A model generated the notes under the pieces. The model did not search any database. It had not been told where the DNA came from and saw only the letters and a program-made list of their open reading frames with translations. Below are positions 20,772 through 30,842 of a stretch of DNA of 40,367 nucleotides, in pieces (position 1 is the first letter of the stretch; each line of letters starts with the position of its first letter). The translations under genes were made by a program, and so were the position numbers. Source of the DNA: an uncultured cyanobacterium (GTDB lineage: Bacteria; Cyanobacteriota; Cyanobacteriia; Cyanobacteriales; Cyanobacteriaceae); the NCBI GenBank assembly GCA_963749915.1, contig CAVVOP010000034.1, positions 1 to 40,367 of the forward strand, read 5' to 3'.

Positions 20772-21878
20772 TCACTGATATAATGTATTTCTTTGACGAT
20801 AAGGACGATTTAAGGATGCGATCGCATTTTGGATGGTTTTTTCCTCTAAACAAGTACCTCCTTTTGCCCCTGCCATGGTGGTAATATGTTCTTCCATAAG
20901 AGTGCCGCCAAGATCGTTACAACCCCATTGCAAAGCCTCTAATGCTCCCTCCAACCCTAATTTAACCCAACTTGGTTGATGGTTAGGAATTATATCACCT
21001 AAAAATAAACGGGCAACGGCAGTTAATTTTAAACTTGATCGTAAGTCAGGTTGATCTCTGCCGACACGATTTCTCAGAGGTTTTGGTGCTTGTTCTCCCA
21101 CAAATGGTAATAATATAAATTCGGTGATTTTGACTGGATAGTTTTTTTCTAAAGCCAATTCTTGTAGTGAACGAATCTTACTTAAATGTAATACTTGTTG
21201 CTCATAAGTTTCGATATGTCCACATAACATTGTGCTAGTAGTTGGCATACCTAAACGATGGGCAGTAGAGACAATCTCTAACCATGTTTCACTACTAAGT
21301 TTTTCAGGGCAGATAACTTTTCTCACAGTATCATCTAAAATTTCAGCGGCAGTACCGGGCATTGAACCAACTCCGCCGTCTTTTAAGGCGAGAATTACAT
21401 CAGCGTAGGTTAAACCATCTTGACGGGCGATAAATTCCACTTCCTGGGGGGAAAAAGCGTGTAAATGTAGTTGAGGATAATGATCTTTAATACCCTGAAC
21501 CAATTGTAGATAATATTGAAGACTACTACCGTTTATTTTTGCTTCCGGATTTAAACCCCCTTGCATACAAATTTCCGTTGCCTTTTTTTCCACTGCTAAA
21601 GCACATTTTGCCAAAATATCTTCTAAATTAAGCCAAAATGCTCCTTCTTGATCTGCATCTCGTCTAAAGGCACAAAAGCTACAATGTTGTTCACAAATAT
21701 TAGTAAAGTTAATATTTCTGTTAATAACATAAGTCACTGTTTCCCCTACTTGTTCTTGTCGAAGGCCATCGGCTTCAGTTCTTAGGTATGATATCTCGTT
21801 ATTAGAGGAGGATTTGAGTAAATAAATCGCTTCGGCAGGAGAGATAACAGTAGAATTTGGCATTTTGGATTTTGGCAT
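20772..21878 (-). CDS. cofH: FO synthase subunit CofH (radical SAM)
   Basis: [49 protein letters not shown] and [10 protein letters not shown]. The start lies in a repeat and is uncertain. Confidence 0.92.
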   Translation of the reverse strand: MPKSKMPNSTVISPAEAIYLLKSSSNNEISYLRTEADGLRQEQVGETVTYVINRNINFTNICEQHCSFCAFRRDADQEGAFWLNLEDILAKCALAVEKKATEICMQGGLNPEAKINGSSLQYYLQLVQGIKDHYPQLHLHAFSPQEVEFIARQDGLTYADVILALKDGGVGSMPGTAAEILDDTVRKVICPEKLSSETWLEIVSTAHRLGMPTTSTMLCGHIETYEQQVLHLSKIRSLQELALEKNYPVKITEFILLPFVGEQAPKPLRNRVGRDQPDLRSSLKLTAVARLFLGDIIPNHQPSWVKLGLEGALEALQWGCNDLGGTLMEEHITTMAGAKGGTCLEEKTIQNAIASLNRPYRQRNTLYQ

Positions 21879-21907
21879 TTTGGATTTTGGATTTTGGATT
21901 TTGGATT
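21856..21907. repeat. STRR heptamer array (TTTTGGA)n
   Basis: About 7 tandem units overlapping the cofH 5' end. The same unit (TCCAAAA) occurs at 39043-39063. Confidence 0.85.
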
Positions 21908-21942
21908 AAAGTTGTCAGAGTACTAGAGGAAAATTTCCCAGT

Positions 21943-23448
21943 TTAGCTTTCCCCAATATTTTTTATTTGTCTTACTACCGTTAAAGCCGAATAACTCACT
22001 CCGGCTGTGCCTTCCCCCGGATGGGTTGAGTCTCCCACTAACCATAAATTTTGAGTAGGGGTACGAGTAGCAAAGCCAAAAGGTCCAAAGGTACTAATTC
22101 TTTGACCCACACCGCCAACGATACCTTTTTCCCTAGCTGTATATTTAAAAAAGGTAACGGGAGTTGCTATTTCTTGGTGAATAATTGTCTCTGGCGTTAA
22201 GTTAAAATACTCTCCCAAACATTCCATCCCCTTATTTTTATAATCTTGTTTTAGTGCCTCATAGTCTTCTAAAGGAATATTCCACCAATGGTTAACATCG
22301 GTAAAGGAAGAGGCGATAATGGTGGCTTTGCCTTCTTGTGCCCTTCCATCCTTAGGTTTACTGACGGACACAAACAAAGAATTCATCTCGCCGATTTTCC
22401 CTTCATAGTCGTATAAAAATTGTAGGTGAGGAGGACAATTATCAGGAATTGCGGCTATATCCACCCCCAAATAGATGACAAATGCACCAGAAGCAGGAGG
22501 TAATTTTTCCACCCGTTGACGATAACTAGGGGAAATTTTTTCTGTCATCGTTATCAAGTTATTTATGGTGATATTACCTACTATTTGACCTGCTTTTTTT
22601 TGGATAATTTCTCCTGTTTTTAAATTTTTGACGGTGACCCCCGTTACTTTATCGTTTTCCGTGTGGATTTTTTGTACCAAATGCCTCATATACAATTTAC
22701 CGCCATATTTTTCTAACCCTTCTACAAGGCGATCGCTCAAAACCTGCATACTGCCGTTGAGATGATATAATCCTTGGGGAGATTGAGACACCGATAACGC
22801 CGTCGCGGCATAAAGTAAAGCCGTTTCTTCCGTATCCACTTGAGAATATAACTTCAACTGCATATCAAGGAAGGTTTTTAAGCGCTTATCATTGCCTAAT
22901 CTCATTAACAGTAAAGCATCTGCCACTGTCATGAAGGTAAAAGGTGCAGTAACGAAGGTATCTAATCGTAGGGCTTGGATTAATTGCCCCAAATCCCACA
23001 GGTTGCGCGGTGGTAGAATGGGATCTCGACTTTGAAACTGCCAACTAGCGTCGAAAAGTGTCTTTAATAATGCCCAAAAATTTTCGCTATTAGGAAACTG
23101 TCTTTCTCTTTCTAAACGCCACTTTTCGGGGTCACGCCATACCATTATCGGTTGCCTTTCTTGGGGTAAAAAAACAGCACAGGCAGGATCACATTCTGTC
23201 CCTGAGGGTAGCTCGATGTCTAATTCCTTAAAGATGCGATGATGAATGCCTCCTTCCTCCAATCCGGCAACTTGAGTGGCACCTACATCAAAAGTAAAGC
23301 CTTTACGCTGAAAAGTTGAAGCACACCCTCCCGGCAGAATCGCTTGGTCATAGATGGTAACATCATAACCATAACGGGCCAATAATGCTCCTGCAGTTAA
23401 ACCTCCAATCCCTGCACCGATGACAATTACTTCTTGTTTTTTTTTCAT
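21943..23448 (-). CDS. crtD: C-3',4' carotenoid desaturase (myxoxanthophyll pathway)
   Basis: GAGIGG, GGCASTF.RKGFTFDVGATQVAGLE.GGIH, LKLYSQ and GDSTHPGEGTAGVSYSA. Confidence 0.88.
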   Translation of the reverse strand: MKKKQEVIVIGAGIGGLTAGALLARYGYDVTIYDQAILPGGCASTFQRKGFTFDVGATQVAGLEEGGIHHRIFKELDIELPSGTECDPACAVFLPQERQPIMVWRDPEKWRLERERQFPNSENFWALLKTLFDASWQFQSRDPILPPRNLWDLGQLIQALRLDTFVTAPFTFMTVADALLLMRLGNDKRLKTFLDMQLKLYSQVDTEETALLYAATALSVSQSPQGLYHLNGSMQVLSDRLVEGLEKYGGKLYMRHLVQKIHTENDKVTGVTVKNLKTGEIIQKKAGQIVGNITINNLITMTEKISPSYRQRVEKLPPASGAFVIYLGVDIAAIPDNCPPHLQFLYDYEGKIGEMNSLFVSVSKPKDGRAQEGKATIIASSFTDVNHWWNIPLEDYEALKQDYKNKGMECLGEYFNLTPETIIHQEIATPVTFFKYTAREKGIVGGVGQRISTFGPFGFATRTPTQNLWLVGDSTHPGEGTAGVSYSALTVVRQIKNIGES

Positions 23449-23591
23449 ATATTTTCAACCCCCCTTTGCTTAATAAATCTTAACATAAGGAGGTAGATCG
23501 GAAGAATTGACTGAACGAAAGGTCACCAAAGCTGCAGTATTGACATAAGACCTCCAGGGCAAAGGCTAAGTTTTAAGGTATGGAAAGTTAG

Positions 23592-25580
23592 TTATTTTCG
23601 GTGCAAATTTGCCGCAAATACTAACAATTTAAACCATAATTTAGAGTTTGATTGTGGTAGCCATAAATTTTGTTTTTCTAACCAAGTTGTAAACCAACTA
23701 CTAAACAATAGATTTTTGAAAGCATCAAAGGTAAAGGCATTATAGGCACCTAACCAACGAAATATATCTTTACTTCCTGCCATTTGCCAAATCCATAACA
23801 ATAAGGAGGGATTTTTCTGTGCTGCTTTTAAGGCTAAACGGTTAAAGGTAAGCCAATCTGTGCGATCTTTTATGAACATTTCTGCGGTTTTTGGTTCATC
23901 GGCAAGTAGGCCAAAGAAAGTGTTTAACATAGAGTTAATGCGCACTGGTGGCAGGGTTTTATGGGTGGGTACCATCATTCCTTTGGAAAATAGCCAAGTA
24001 ACGGCGATATTGCTTTGATATGCCTGAATTTGGTTCAAACAACCACTGTCCAATAAGTTATATTTGAGGGCAGAATCTAATAAATTAGTTAATTTACCTA
24101 AATTTCTTACTAATGAGCCAAATCCAGTGAAAATTAACGGTGATTGTGAAGAAGCCGCATCCCCAATAGCTAAAACTCTATCTGTGGCAATTTTGCGATC
24201 GCTCCTCCCCACCGTAAACCGTCCCGGAATATAGCCAAAAGTAGGTTTTTTCCATGTTAGTTTCTCCATGTCACAACGACGGTATTCAGGTAAAATGGTG
24301 AAAAAGTCCTCATACATTTCCAATAATGAACCGGGATTATCAGGGTGTACTTGATGATAGTGGAATAAATAGATTGTAATCTCATTACCTTCCGCCGGAA
24401 ATAACTCCCAGATTAACTGTCGCCCTCTTGATATATCCCCGTGAGAAAATAAGACATCACCGTATTGCATATCCCAAACTTCGGGTGTAAACCCTTCCAC
24501 GATCGCTCCCACCGTTGGGCAAACACTGTCAAAAGCCTGATCACCAGAAATCTGCCAAGCGATGGGAGAAGCTGTACCCATCGCATCAATTAAGAGTCTG
24601 CCGGTGACTTCTTTTTCTTCCCCTGTGATTAAATTAGTGGTCTTGATTGTTACTAAATCTTTGCCGATGGTAGTGCGGTTAAATTCCGTTTCTGACCAAA
24701 TTTCTGCCCCATATTGACGTAATTTTTCGCCGCATAAAGTTAGTAATTTAGTGGTATCGATGGCAATATTTAAAACCGTGGGAGTATGTAAAATATTTGC
24801 CTTTAAATTAGGAGGATTATTAGCATCAAAAAATTTACTGAAACCGTCTTTATATTCAGCAGCAATGATGGATTCAAACTCTTTGTTTGTAAATAAACCT
24901 AAATCAATTAGAACTTGAAATTCCGGACGAGAAATATTCCATTCCCGATTCATTCTGCCAAACTTTAACCGTTCAATTAATAATACTCTATAGCCTAATT
25001 TTGCCATTAAAGCCGCATGAATTGCCCCCAAAGCACCACCAACATAGACTATATCATAGTCAGCTTTACCAGTCGTTTGATCTTTAAAAAGTACTTGTTT
25101 TAGAGGAGTTTTTATGGTGTTTTTTGCTTTACTTTTAACACTTTCTCGCCATTTTTTTTCCCACCAATAAGCCCTTGTTAAATCATATTCTCCTTGGGGC
25201 ATTTTTTGAAAGAACTTAACGGTGTTTGGATAATAAGGTTCTAGGGCGATAAAAATAGATTGATTACTTAAATCTATATCAGGTAATGAAGGATAATTAG
25301 GCGGAAATTGTCGATTAATAGCAGTTTCTAATTCTCTTTTAATTTTATGGTCATTAATTACCTGTTTTTGACCCCAACGGAACATCTTTAAGTAGGTAGT
25401 GCGTTGTAAAGTCCAAGTGAAAATCGACAATTCATGATTATCTGCCAACTCTAAGCGGATACCGTTAGGAGTATTAATTTTTTTACCTTGGGAGGGTTGC
25501 CATGTATTGTGTAACCAATCACAAATTATTTGAGGGTGAGGGTTGGGTATTTCTAAATATAAAATTTCGGTTAATTTCAT
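23592..25580 (-). CDS. cruA: CruA-type lycopene cyclase
   Basis: GGALG, FGRMNREWNISR.E, DAMGTASPI, SVCPTVG and SPLIFTGFGS. The ~660-aa length with N-terminal extension fits CruA rather than CruP. Confidence 0.82.
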   Translation of the reverse strand: MKLTEILYLEIPNPHPQIICDWLHNTWQPSQGKKINTPNGIRLELADNHELSIFTWTLQRTTYLKMFRWGQKQVINDHKIKRELETAINRQFPPNYPSLPDIDLSNQSIFIALEPYYPNTVKFFQKMPQGEYDLTRAYWWEKKWRESVKSKAKNTIKTPLKQVLFKDQTTGKADYDIVYVGGALGAIHAALMAKLGYRVLLIERLKFGRMNREWNISRPEFQVLIDLGLFTNKEFESIIAAEYKDGFSKFFDANNPPNLKANILHTPTVLNIAIDTTKLLTLCGEKLRQYGAEIWSETEFNRTTIGKDLVTIKTTNLITGEEKEVTGRLLIDAMGTASPIAWQISGDQAFDSVCPTVGAIVEGFTPEVWDMQYGDVLFSHGDISRGRQLIWELFPAEGNEITIYLFHYHQVHPDNPGSLLEMYEDFFTILPEYRRCDMEKLTWKKPTFGYIPGRFTVGRSDRKIATDRVLAIGDAASSQSPLIFTGFGSLVRNLGKLTNLLDSALKYNLLDSGCLNQIQAYQSNIAVTWLFSKGMMVPTHKTLPPVRINSMLNTFFGLLADEPKTAEMFIKDRTDWLTFNRLALKAAQKNPSLLLWIWQMAGSKDIFRWLGAYNAFTFDAFKNLLFSSWFTTWLEKQNLWLPQSNSKLWFKLLVFAANLHRK

Positions 25581-25845
25581 TTACATAAATGTTTGATTAA
25601 AATATCAGTTATTAATTATTGTTTATTATCTAATAACAGGAGTCTGTTAGCCAGGATTAAGAATATATGCCCATAAAGATAAATGTCTGTCATATTTTAG
25701 GATGACAATGTTGTTCTCAGTGCCTTTTCTTTAGTACCCAATTATCGGCAAATAAAAAACTGTCACAAAGGAATGAAAATCTGATTCAGAATAGTTTTAA
25801 GCTAGAGAGGTAAAAGTTAAAGGCGAATTTACCGCCAAAAAAAAG

Positions 25846-26544
25846 ATGACTAGCCAATCAGACATAAAACCCCATCTCGGTAATCATGAAACGGAGATTA
25901 AGTCCCATATTTCCCCTTGGTTAATGAAAGTGGCTTATGCTTTAGGTACTAAATTAATTTTTCCCTTTTTCTTCAAGAAAATTATTATCACGGGCAAAGA
26001 GAATGTGCCCAAAAATGGGGCGGTAATCATCGCACCTACCCATCGCTCTCGTTGGGATGCTTTAATAGTACCTTATGCGACAGGTCAATTAGTAAGTGGT
26101 AGAAACCCTCATTTTATGGTATCTGCTAACGAACTTAAGGGGCTTCAAGGATGCATTGTGAGACGGCTGGGGGGATTTCCCGTCAATACAGATAGGCCAG
26201 GTTTAGATAGTTTACGTCATAGTTTCGATCTATTATGTCAGGAAGAAATGGTGGTTATTTTTCCTGAAGGTAATATTTTTCGCACAGAAAACATTCAGCC
26301 ATTAAAAAGAGGTGTTGCCAAAATTGCTTTAGAAGTAGAAATTGCAAAGCCAGAAACCGAAGTAAAAATTCTGCCTGTAACGATTAAGTATAGTGAAGCC
26401 GTACCGAAACGGGGCTGTAGTGTAGTAGTTAATATTGGCAAATGTTTAACTGTCAGGGATTATAAGGGTGAATCTAGCCGGAAAGATAGTATCGTGTTAA
26501 CAACTAGTTTGGCAAAGTCTCTTGAGGCAATTAATAAACTGTAA
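25846..26544 (+). CDS. Lysophospholipid (1-acyl-G3P) acyltransferase family protein
   Basis: HRSRWD (HX4D), LGGFPV and IFPEG motifs. Confidence 0.92.
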   Translation: MTSQSDIKPHLGNHETEIKSHISPWLMKVAYALGTKLIFPFFFKKIIITGKENVPKNGAVIIAPTHRSRWDALIVPYATGQLVSGRNPHFMVSANELKGLQGCIVRRLGGFPVNTDRPGLDSLRHSFDLLCQEEMVVIFPEGNIFRTENIQPLKRGVAKIALEVEIAKPETEVKILPVTIKYSEAVPKRGCSVVVNIGKCLTVRDYKGESSRKDSIVLTTSLAKSLEAINKL

Positions 26545-26583
26545 TATTTTTCCTTCTTGATAATATAGTGGAAACGGAAATAT

Positions 26584-28518
26584 TTAATCTTTTTTTAAAT
26601 AAAACTTATATCTTTTTTCTAGTTGATTAAAAGTAAGATTTTTTGTCCAATATTCTACTAAACTATGACCAAAAGCCCAAGCATCAACCTCTGGATTACC
26701 ATTAATTTCTATCAATAAAGTCCATAAAGATAGTAAATCAAATTGCATTGTATCCTCATTATTAGTACTTAATAAAGAGAATAAATCATAGGCTAATTGC
26801 AGTTTTCCAATAACAACAGGTAACTGTTCAATGGGAATTTTTTCTGCTAATAAATAAGCTAAACGGGGTGAGCCAGTAGTTAAAGTTGAAATAAATTGTA
26901 AAACGGGACTTTTCAACAAGGTTGTTAATCCCTGAGAAGTTGCCATTTGAAAGCAATACTTATCTATAATCTTGGCGGCGGCAATACTTTTGGCCTCGAG
27001 GTTACGGAAAAAACGGGCTAATCTTATTTGTTTGGCAGGGGCGATGGCATCTAAGATATTGATAGCTAAAATATCGTCATACCATGATTGTCGGCAAGAA
27101 TCTCCATAATCAGCGGTGACCAGGGGTAAAATTTGAGTGCAAAAATCCCCTAAATTGTCTTGACGATATTTGACGGCTTCTCGGATCGAGATTTCCTTGG
27201 GTAAATTTCCCGTTAGCCAATTATAAGGGGGTTGCCATTCACGAATCGGACGAAGGCGATCGACTTGAGTGATAATAGCGAAAATGGGAATTTCCTGTAA
27301 ATTTGTTAGTAATTTAACGAGAAAATCCTTATCCATTTGTAAAGCGGGATCAAGGGCTGGATTTAAGAGTAAGATAATATCAGCCTTGTGAGCATAATCT
27401 AACACCCTTTCTTGATATTCCGGGCGGTTAATTTGCTCATATCCCGGGGTATCTAAGAGGTTGAGACTTTCCCCTGTCCTAGCTTCCCATTGATAATTTT
27501 TAATCTCCGTCGTGGTTGGCAAAACGTCAACTTCCGCTGTTTTGGCATTGAAAAGGGTATTAATTAAACTGCTTTTTCCTGCACCTGTTCTACCCACCAG
27601 CAAAATATTAATGGGTTTTTGCTCGATTTTTTCCGGGTTTTGAGATTGCTTAAGAATTTCCTGTAAAGTTTGGGTTTTTACAGAAGGTAAAATACTGGCA
27701 CTAGTGTTAAATTTATCGGCAGGTAAAGTATCACCACCATATAACAAGGCAGTTTGACGAGCAAGGTTACGCAAGACAACTTCCCTTAATACTTGACTGA
27801 GATTGATTAATAATTCTTGGTTGGCTTGTTTATTGCTTCCCTGACTGGCCAATTTAGCCGCGGCAACGGCAGGGTTTATCACCCATTGCGCCCAATTCCA
27901 AACTTGCAATAATTTGCGGGCGGAAGGTTCGAGTTTGCGGTATAGTTGATAACCTTGATAACCTTGGGCAATACTAATTTGATTTAAGGCTGGAGATAGT
28001 TGCGTCATCCATTTATCCATGTCATCTACTGTACCTCGAATTAACCCATAGGCTTGGGGTATATAAATATTCAGCAATGGATATTCAACTTCAGGATGGT
28101 ATATTTTGGCGATGGCAGTTACTAAATCTTGGCAACGTTGGAAAAATAACTGTAAGTCTTCCCACATTGGGGCATCATCTCTCGTTTTCGTAATAACAGT
28201 TTGTAAGGCTTCTTCCAGCTTCGTGATGGCTTCGGGATGATTATTTTTAAATGATGAAGGGCTATTTTTTAACTCCTGTTGTGCCTCTAAAATCATGTTT
28301 TCCACATCGGGAAATAGAGGCTTTGTCCATTTCACCAACAACCATCGCCAACCGACAAATATTGCCACAAATATTGCCCATATCCAATTTATACCCCAAG
28401 CCTGAATTTGTAACCCCGTTGCCATGGTGAAAAAGAAAATCAAGGCGATAATAGGGGTGGCTAAAATAAACCATTGCCAAGATTTTAAGCGAATCATAAA
28501 ATTATTATTAAATAACAA
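26584..28518 (-). CDS. Membrane-anchored GTPase-family protein
   Basis: Two N-terminal TM helices; G1 GRTGAGKSS, G3 DTPG, G4 TQVD. Confidence 0.82.
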   Translation of the reverse strand: MLFNNNFMIRLKSWQWFILATPIIALIFFFTMATGLQIQAWGINWIWAIFVAIFVGWRWLLVKWTKPLFPDVENMILEAQQELKNSPSSFKNNHPEAITKLEEALQTVITKTRDDAPMWEDLQLFFQRCQDLVTAIAKIYHPEVEYPLLNIYIPQAYGLIRGTVDDMDKWMTQLSPALNQISIAQGYQGYQLYRKLEPSARKLLQVWNWAQWVINPAVAAAKLASQGSNKQANQELLINLSQVLREVVLRNLARQTALLYGGDTLPADKFNTSASILPSVKTQTLQEILKQSQNPEKIEQKPINILLVGRTGAGKSSLINTLFNAKTAEVDVLPTTTEIKNYQWEARTGESLNLLDTPGYEQINRPEYQERVLDYAHKADIILLLNPALDPALQMDKDFLVKLLTNLQEIPIFAIITQVDRLRPIREWQPPYNWLTGNLPKEISIREAVKYRQDNLGDFCTQILPLVTADYGDSCRQSWYDDILAINILDAIAPAKQIRLARFFRNLEAKSIAAAKIIDKYCFQMATSQGLTTLLKSPVLQFISTLTTGSPRLAYLLAEKIPIEQLPVVIGKLQLAYDLFSLLSTNNEDTMQFDLLSLWTLLIEINGNPEVDAWAFGHSLVEYWTKNLTFNQLEKRYKFYLKKD

Positions 28519-28589
28519 ATGAACAGAATTTATATATTTACTAGTTAGTTATCTTGATTATATTTTCTATGGTAAAAGCCTGACTATGT

Positions 28590-29585
28590 ATGATCGAATC
28601 TAAAATAAGAGTAGCTGAAAATTTATTACTTTCCCCAATGGGTTGTGGTACATGGGCCTGGGGTAATCGTTTCCTCTGGGGTTATGATCCGAATATGGAT
28701 ACGGAGTTACAAAAAGTTTTTAATCTTCACGTATCCCAAGGAGTGACTTGGTTTGATACGGGGGATTCCTATGGCACGGGAAAATTCAATGGGCGCAGTG
28801 AGACTCTTTTAGGCAAATTTGCCCGTGAATATCAAGGGGATCATCAAAATGAAATTGCGATCGCCACAAAATTAGCGGTTTATCCTTGGCGTTTAACCCC
28901 TCAATCCATGATTAATGCTTGTCAAAAATCCGCCCAGAGATTAGGTCGCTCAGTGGATTTAGTTCAAATACACTGGTCGCCGGCAAAATATCTACCTTGG
29001 CAAGAAAAGCCTTTATTAGATGGTTTAGCTCAGTTATATCATCAGGGATTAGTGAAGGGGGTGGGGTTATCCAATTATGGACCGAAAAATTTACAAGGGG
29101 CTTATGAATATCTCCGAGAAAGACGGGTAAAAATTAGCACCCTACAAGTGCAATATTCTTTATTATCCACCTATCCCTTGATAACGTTGGGATTAAAACA
29201 ATTATGCGAGGAATTAGACATTAAAATTATCGCCTATAGTCCTATTACTTTGGGCATTTTAACGGGCAAATACAAAGACTTGAACAATTTACCATCAGGT
29301 CCTAGAAAGGGTTTATTTAAAGAGTTATTACCGAAAATTAAGCCCTTATTACAAACTATAGATGCCATCGCCAAAAATAACGGTAAAACCATGACACAGG
29401 TAGCAATTAATTGGTGTATTTGTCAAGGTACAATTCCGATACCGGGAGCAAAAAACCAAATTCAAGCAAGGGAAAATATTGGTGCTTTAGGCTGGCGTTT
29501 ATCTTCGGCAGAAGTAACAGAATTAGAAACCATCGCTTTGAATTTAGATAAGCAAATGATTCAAAATATTTTTCAAACAAAATAA
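28590..29585 (+). CDS. Aldo/keto reductase
   Basis: GCGTWAWG, FDTGDSYG, ATK, QIHW, VGLSNY, AYSP and IPGAK. Confidence 0.94.
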   Translation: MIESKIRVAENLLLSPMGCGTWAWGNRFLWGYDPNMDTELQKVFNLHVSQGVTWFDTGDSYGTGKFNGRSETLLGKFAREYQGDHQNEIAIATKLAVYPWRLTPQSMINACQKSAQRLGRSVDLVQIHWSPAKYLPWQEKPLLDGLAQLYHQGLVKGVGLSNYGPKNLQGAYEYLRERRVKISTLQVQYSLLSTYPLITLGLKQLCEELDIKIIAYSPITLGILTGKYKDLNNLPSGPRKGLFKELLPKIKPLLQTIDAIAKNNGKTMTQVAINWCICQGTIPIPGAKNQIQARENIGALGWRLSSAEVTELETIALNLDKQMIQNIFQTK

Positions 29586-29704
29586 GTGACAATTATCAAG
29601 GTTATTGCTGAATCAAAGTATGAATAAATGTCTCGTCTTCATAGGCAAAAACAAGAAGAAATACAGAAATTCAGCAACACCATAAATCTTACACCAAAAT
29701 CACT

Positions 29705-29875
29705 TTACTGTAAGCCTAACCAGCTTAATAAGCCTTGCCCGGTAAAATATTCAATGGCTAAGGTAATGATAAAACCGATCATAGCGGCCCTACCATTCAA
29801 TTTTTCAGCATAGTTATTGAAGCCGAATTTTGGTTCTTCGATATTGGGGATTTTACTAGGTTGAGGCTGAGTCAT
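29705..29875 (-). CDS. hliD: High-light-inducible protein (HliD-type, 56 aa)
   Basis: EPKFGFNNYAEKLNGRAAMIGF contains the ExxNGRxAM chlorophyll-binding motif. AGGAG RBS lies upstream of ATG 29875. Confidence 0.88.
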   Translation of the reverse strand: MTQPQPSKIPNIEEPKFGFNNYAEKLNGRAAMIGFIITLAIEYFTGQGLLSWLGLQ

Positions 29876-29960
29876 AGTTGAGAAACTCCTGATTAAACGG
29901 TGATTATATTTATTATTAAATTTTGTTAACATCTTAACATCATTTAATTGAAAGTTCAAA

Positions 29961-30710
29961 TTAACTTACCTTTACCTCACTATCTATCTCCACGGCAAGA
30001 GATAATTCTGGTTCTTCATTCTTCCACAACCACCAACGTTTAGTATAAAGAAGATCTCTTAATGGTGTTTTTATAACCAACAAAAGTAATCCTATAGATA
30101 ACAGACACCAAACGGCGGGCCACTCATTAATATTATCAGTCAAAATTCTAGCAAATAAAGGACCTGAAATCAGGTGGTAAAGGACAAATTTCCAAGAACC
30201 GTAAATAACCGGAAGTAGAAAAACAGGAAGATAATAACCCAAGGTTAACCATTTAAAACCATTTAAAGGAGCTTCCCAAGCAATATGCCAATTTCCTGAT
30301 ACAGAGCAAAGATGCTCGCCACAAAAAGGCTCATGACCCACATTGCATAATCCTGCCCATTGAAAGGGATAAATTTTAATTAGTAGTAAAATCGAGCCTA
30401 GAAAACAAATTCCATATACATAAGGGCTGATTTTTTCTTTAACTTTTGCTGGAATAAAGTGCATAGAAAAGGCATTGAGAAAAAATGGTTGGAAGGTGAT
30501 ATGTAAAGCACCAAGTAAAGTCAGTAATTGGTTTAAAGGTAAGCCGCATTGATCAATTACTGTATAGGTAAAGGCTTGTAACATTTCCATAAGGGAAAAA
30601 TAGGCAAGGGGAATCCATAAGGCTTTATCTTCTCCCTTAATTGCAACATAAGCGGTACTTGCTAAACCAACAGTAGCTAAAGTTGCTGATGCTTGTCCAC
30701 TCCAACACGT
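29961..30710 (-). CDS. DUF5765-like integral membrane protein; the apparent start codon is ACG
   Basis: The frame stays open 40 codons upstream of the tracked ORF, reading (ACG)CWSGQASATLA..., with AAGGAG 7 nt upstream. Motifs GNWHIAW and EWPAVWCL. Confidence 0.7.
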   Translation of the reverse strand, partial: TCWSGQASATLATVGLASTAYVAIKGEDKALWIPLAYFSLMEMLQAFTYTVIDQCGLPLNQLLTLLGALHITFQPFFLNAFSMHFIPAKVKEKISPYVYGICFLGSILLLIKIYPFQWAGLCNVGHEPFCGEHLCSVSGNWHIAWEAPLNGFKWLTLGYYLPVFLLPVIYGSWKFVLYHLISGPLFARILTDNINEWPAVWCLLSIGLLLLVIKTPLRDLLYTKRWWLWKNEEPELSLAVEIDSEVKVS

Positions 30711-30842
30711 GTTAATTCTCCTTATTTATCGTCAAAGAAACCCCATAGATCTGCCTTTTGGCACACTGCAAAGCCGATCTCGAAGAGCTCGCCCAAATTT
30801 TATTTTGCAACAAATTCAATAACCTAATTTTCACATTGTAAA

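Noticed and set aside
23489..23555. Possible structured RNA between cruA and crtD (GGAGGT/ACCTCC pairing)
   Set aside because: Only short stems, and no riboswitch or sRNA consensus that I can recognise.
29876..29959. 84-aa extended version of the Hli ORF
   Set aside because: The RBS and family length support ATG 29875; the extension is AT-rich promoter DNA.
29890..29960. RpaB HLR1 site upstream of hliD
   Set aside because: TTAACA-like half sites are present, but spacing and match are too poor to call in AT-rich DNA.
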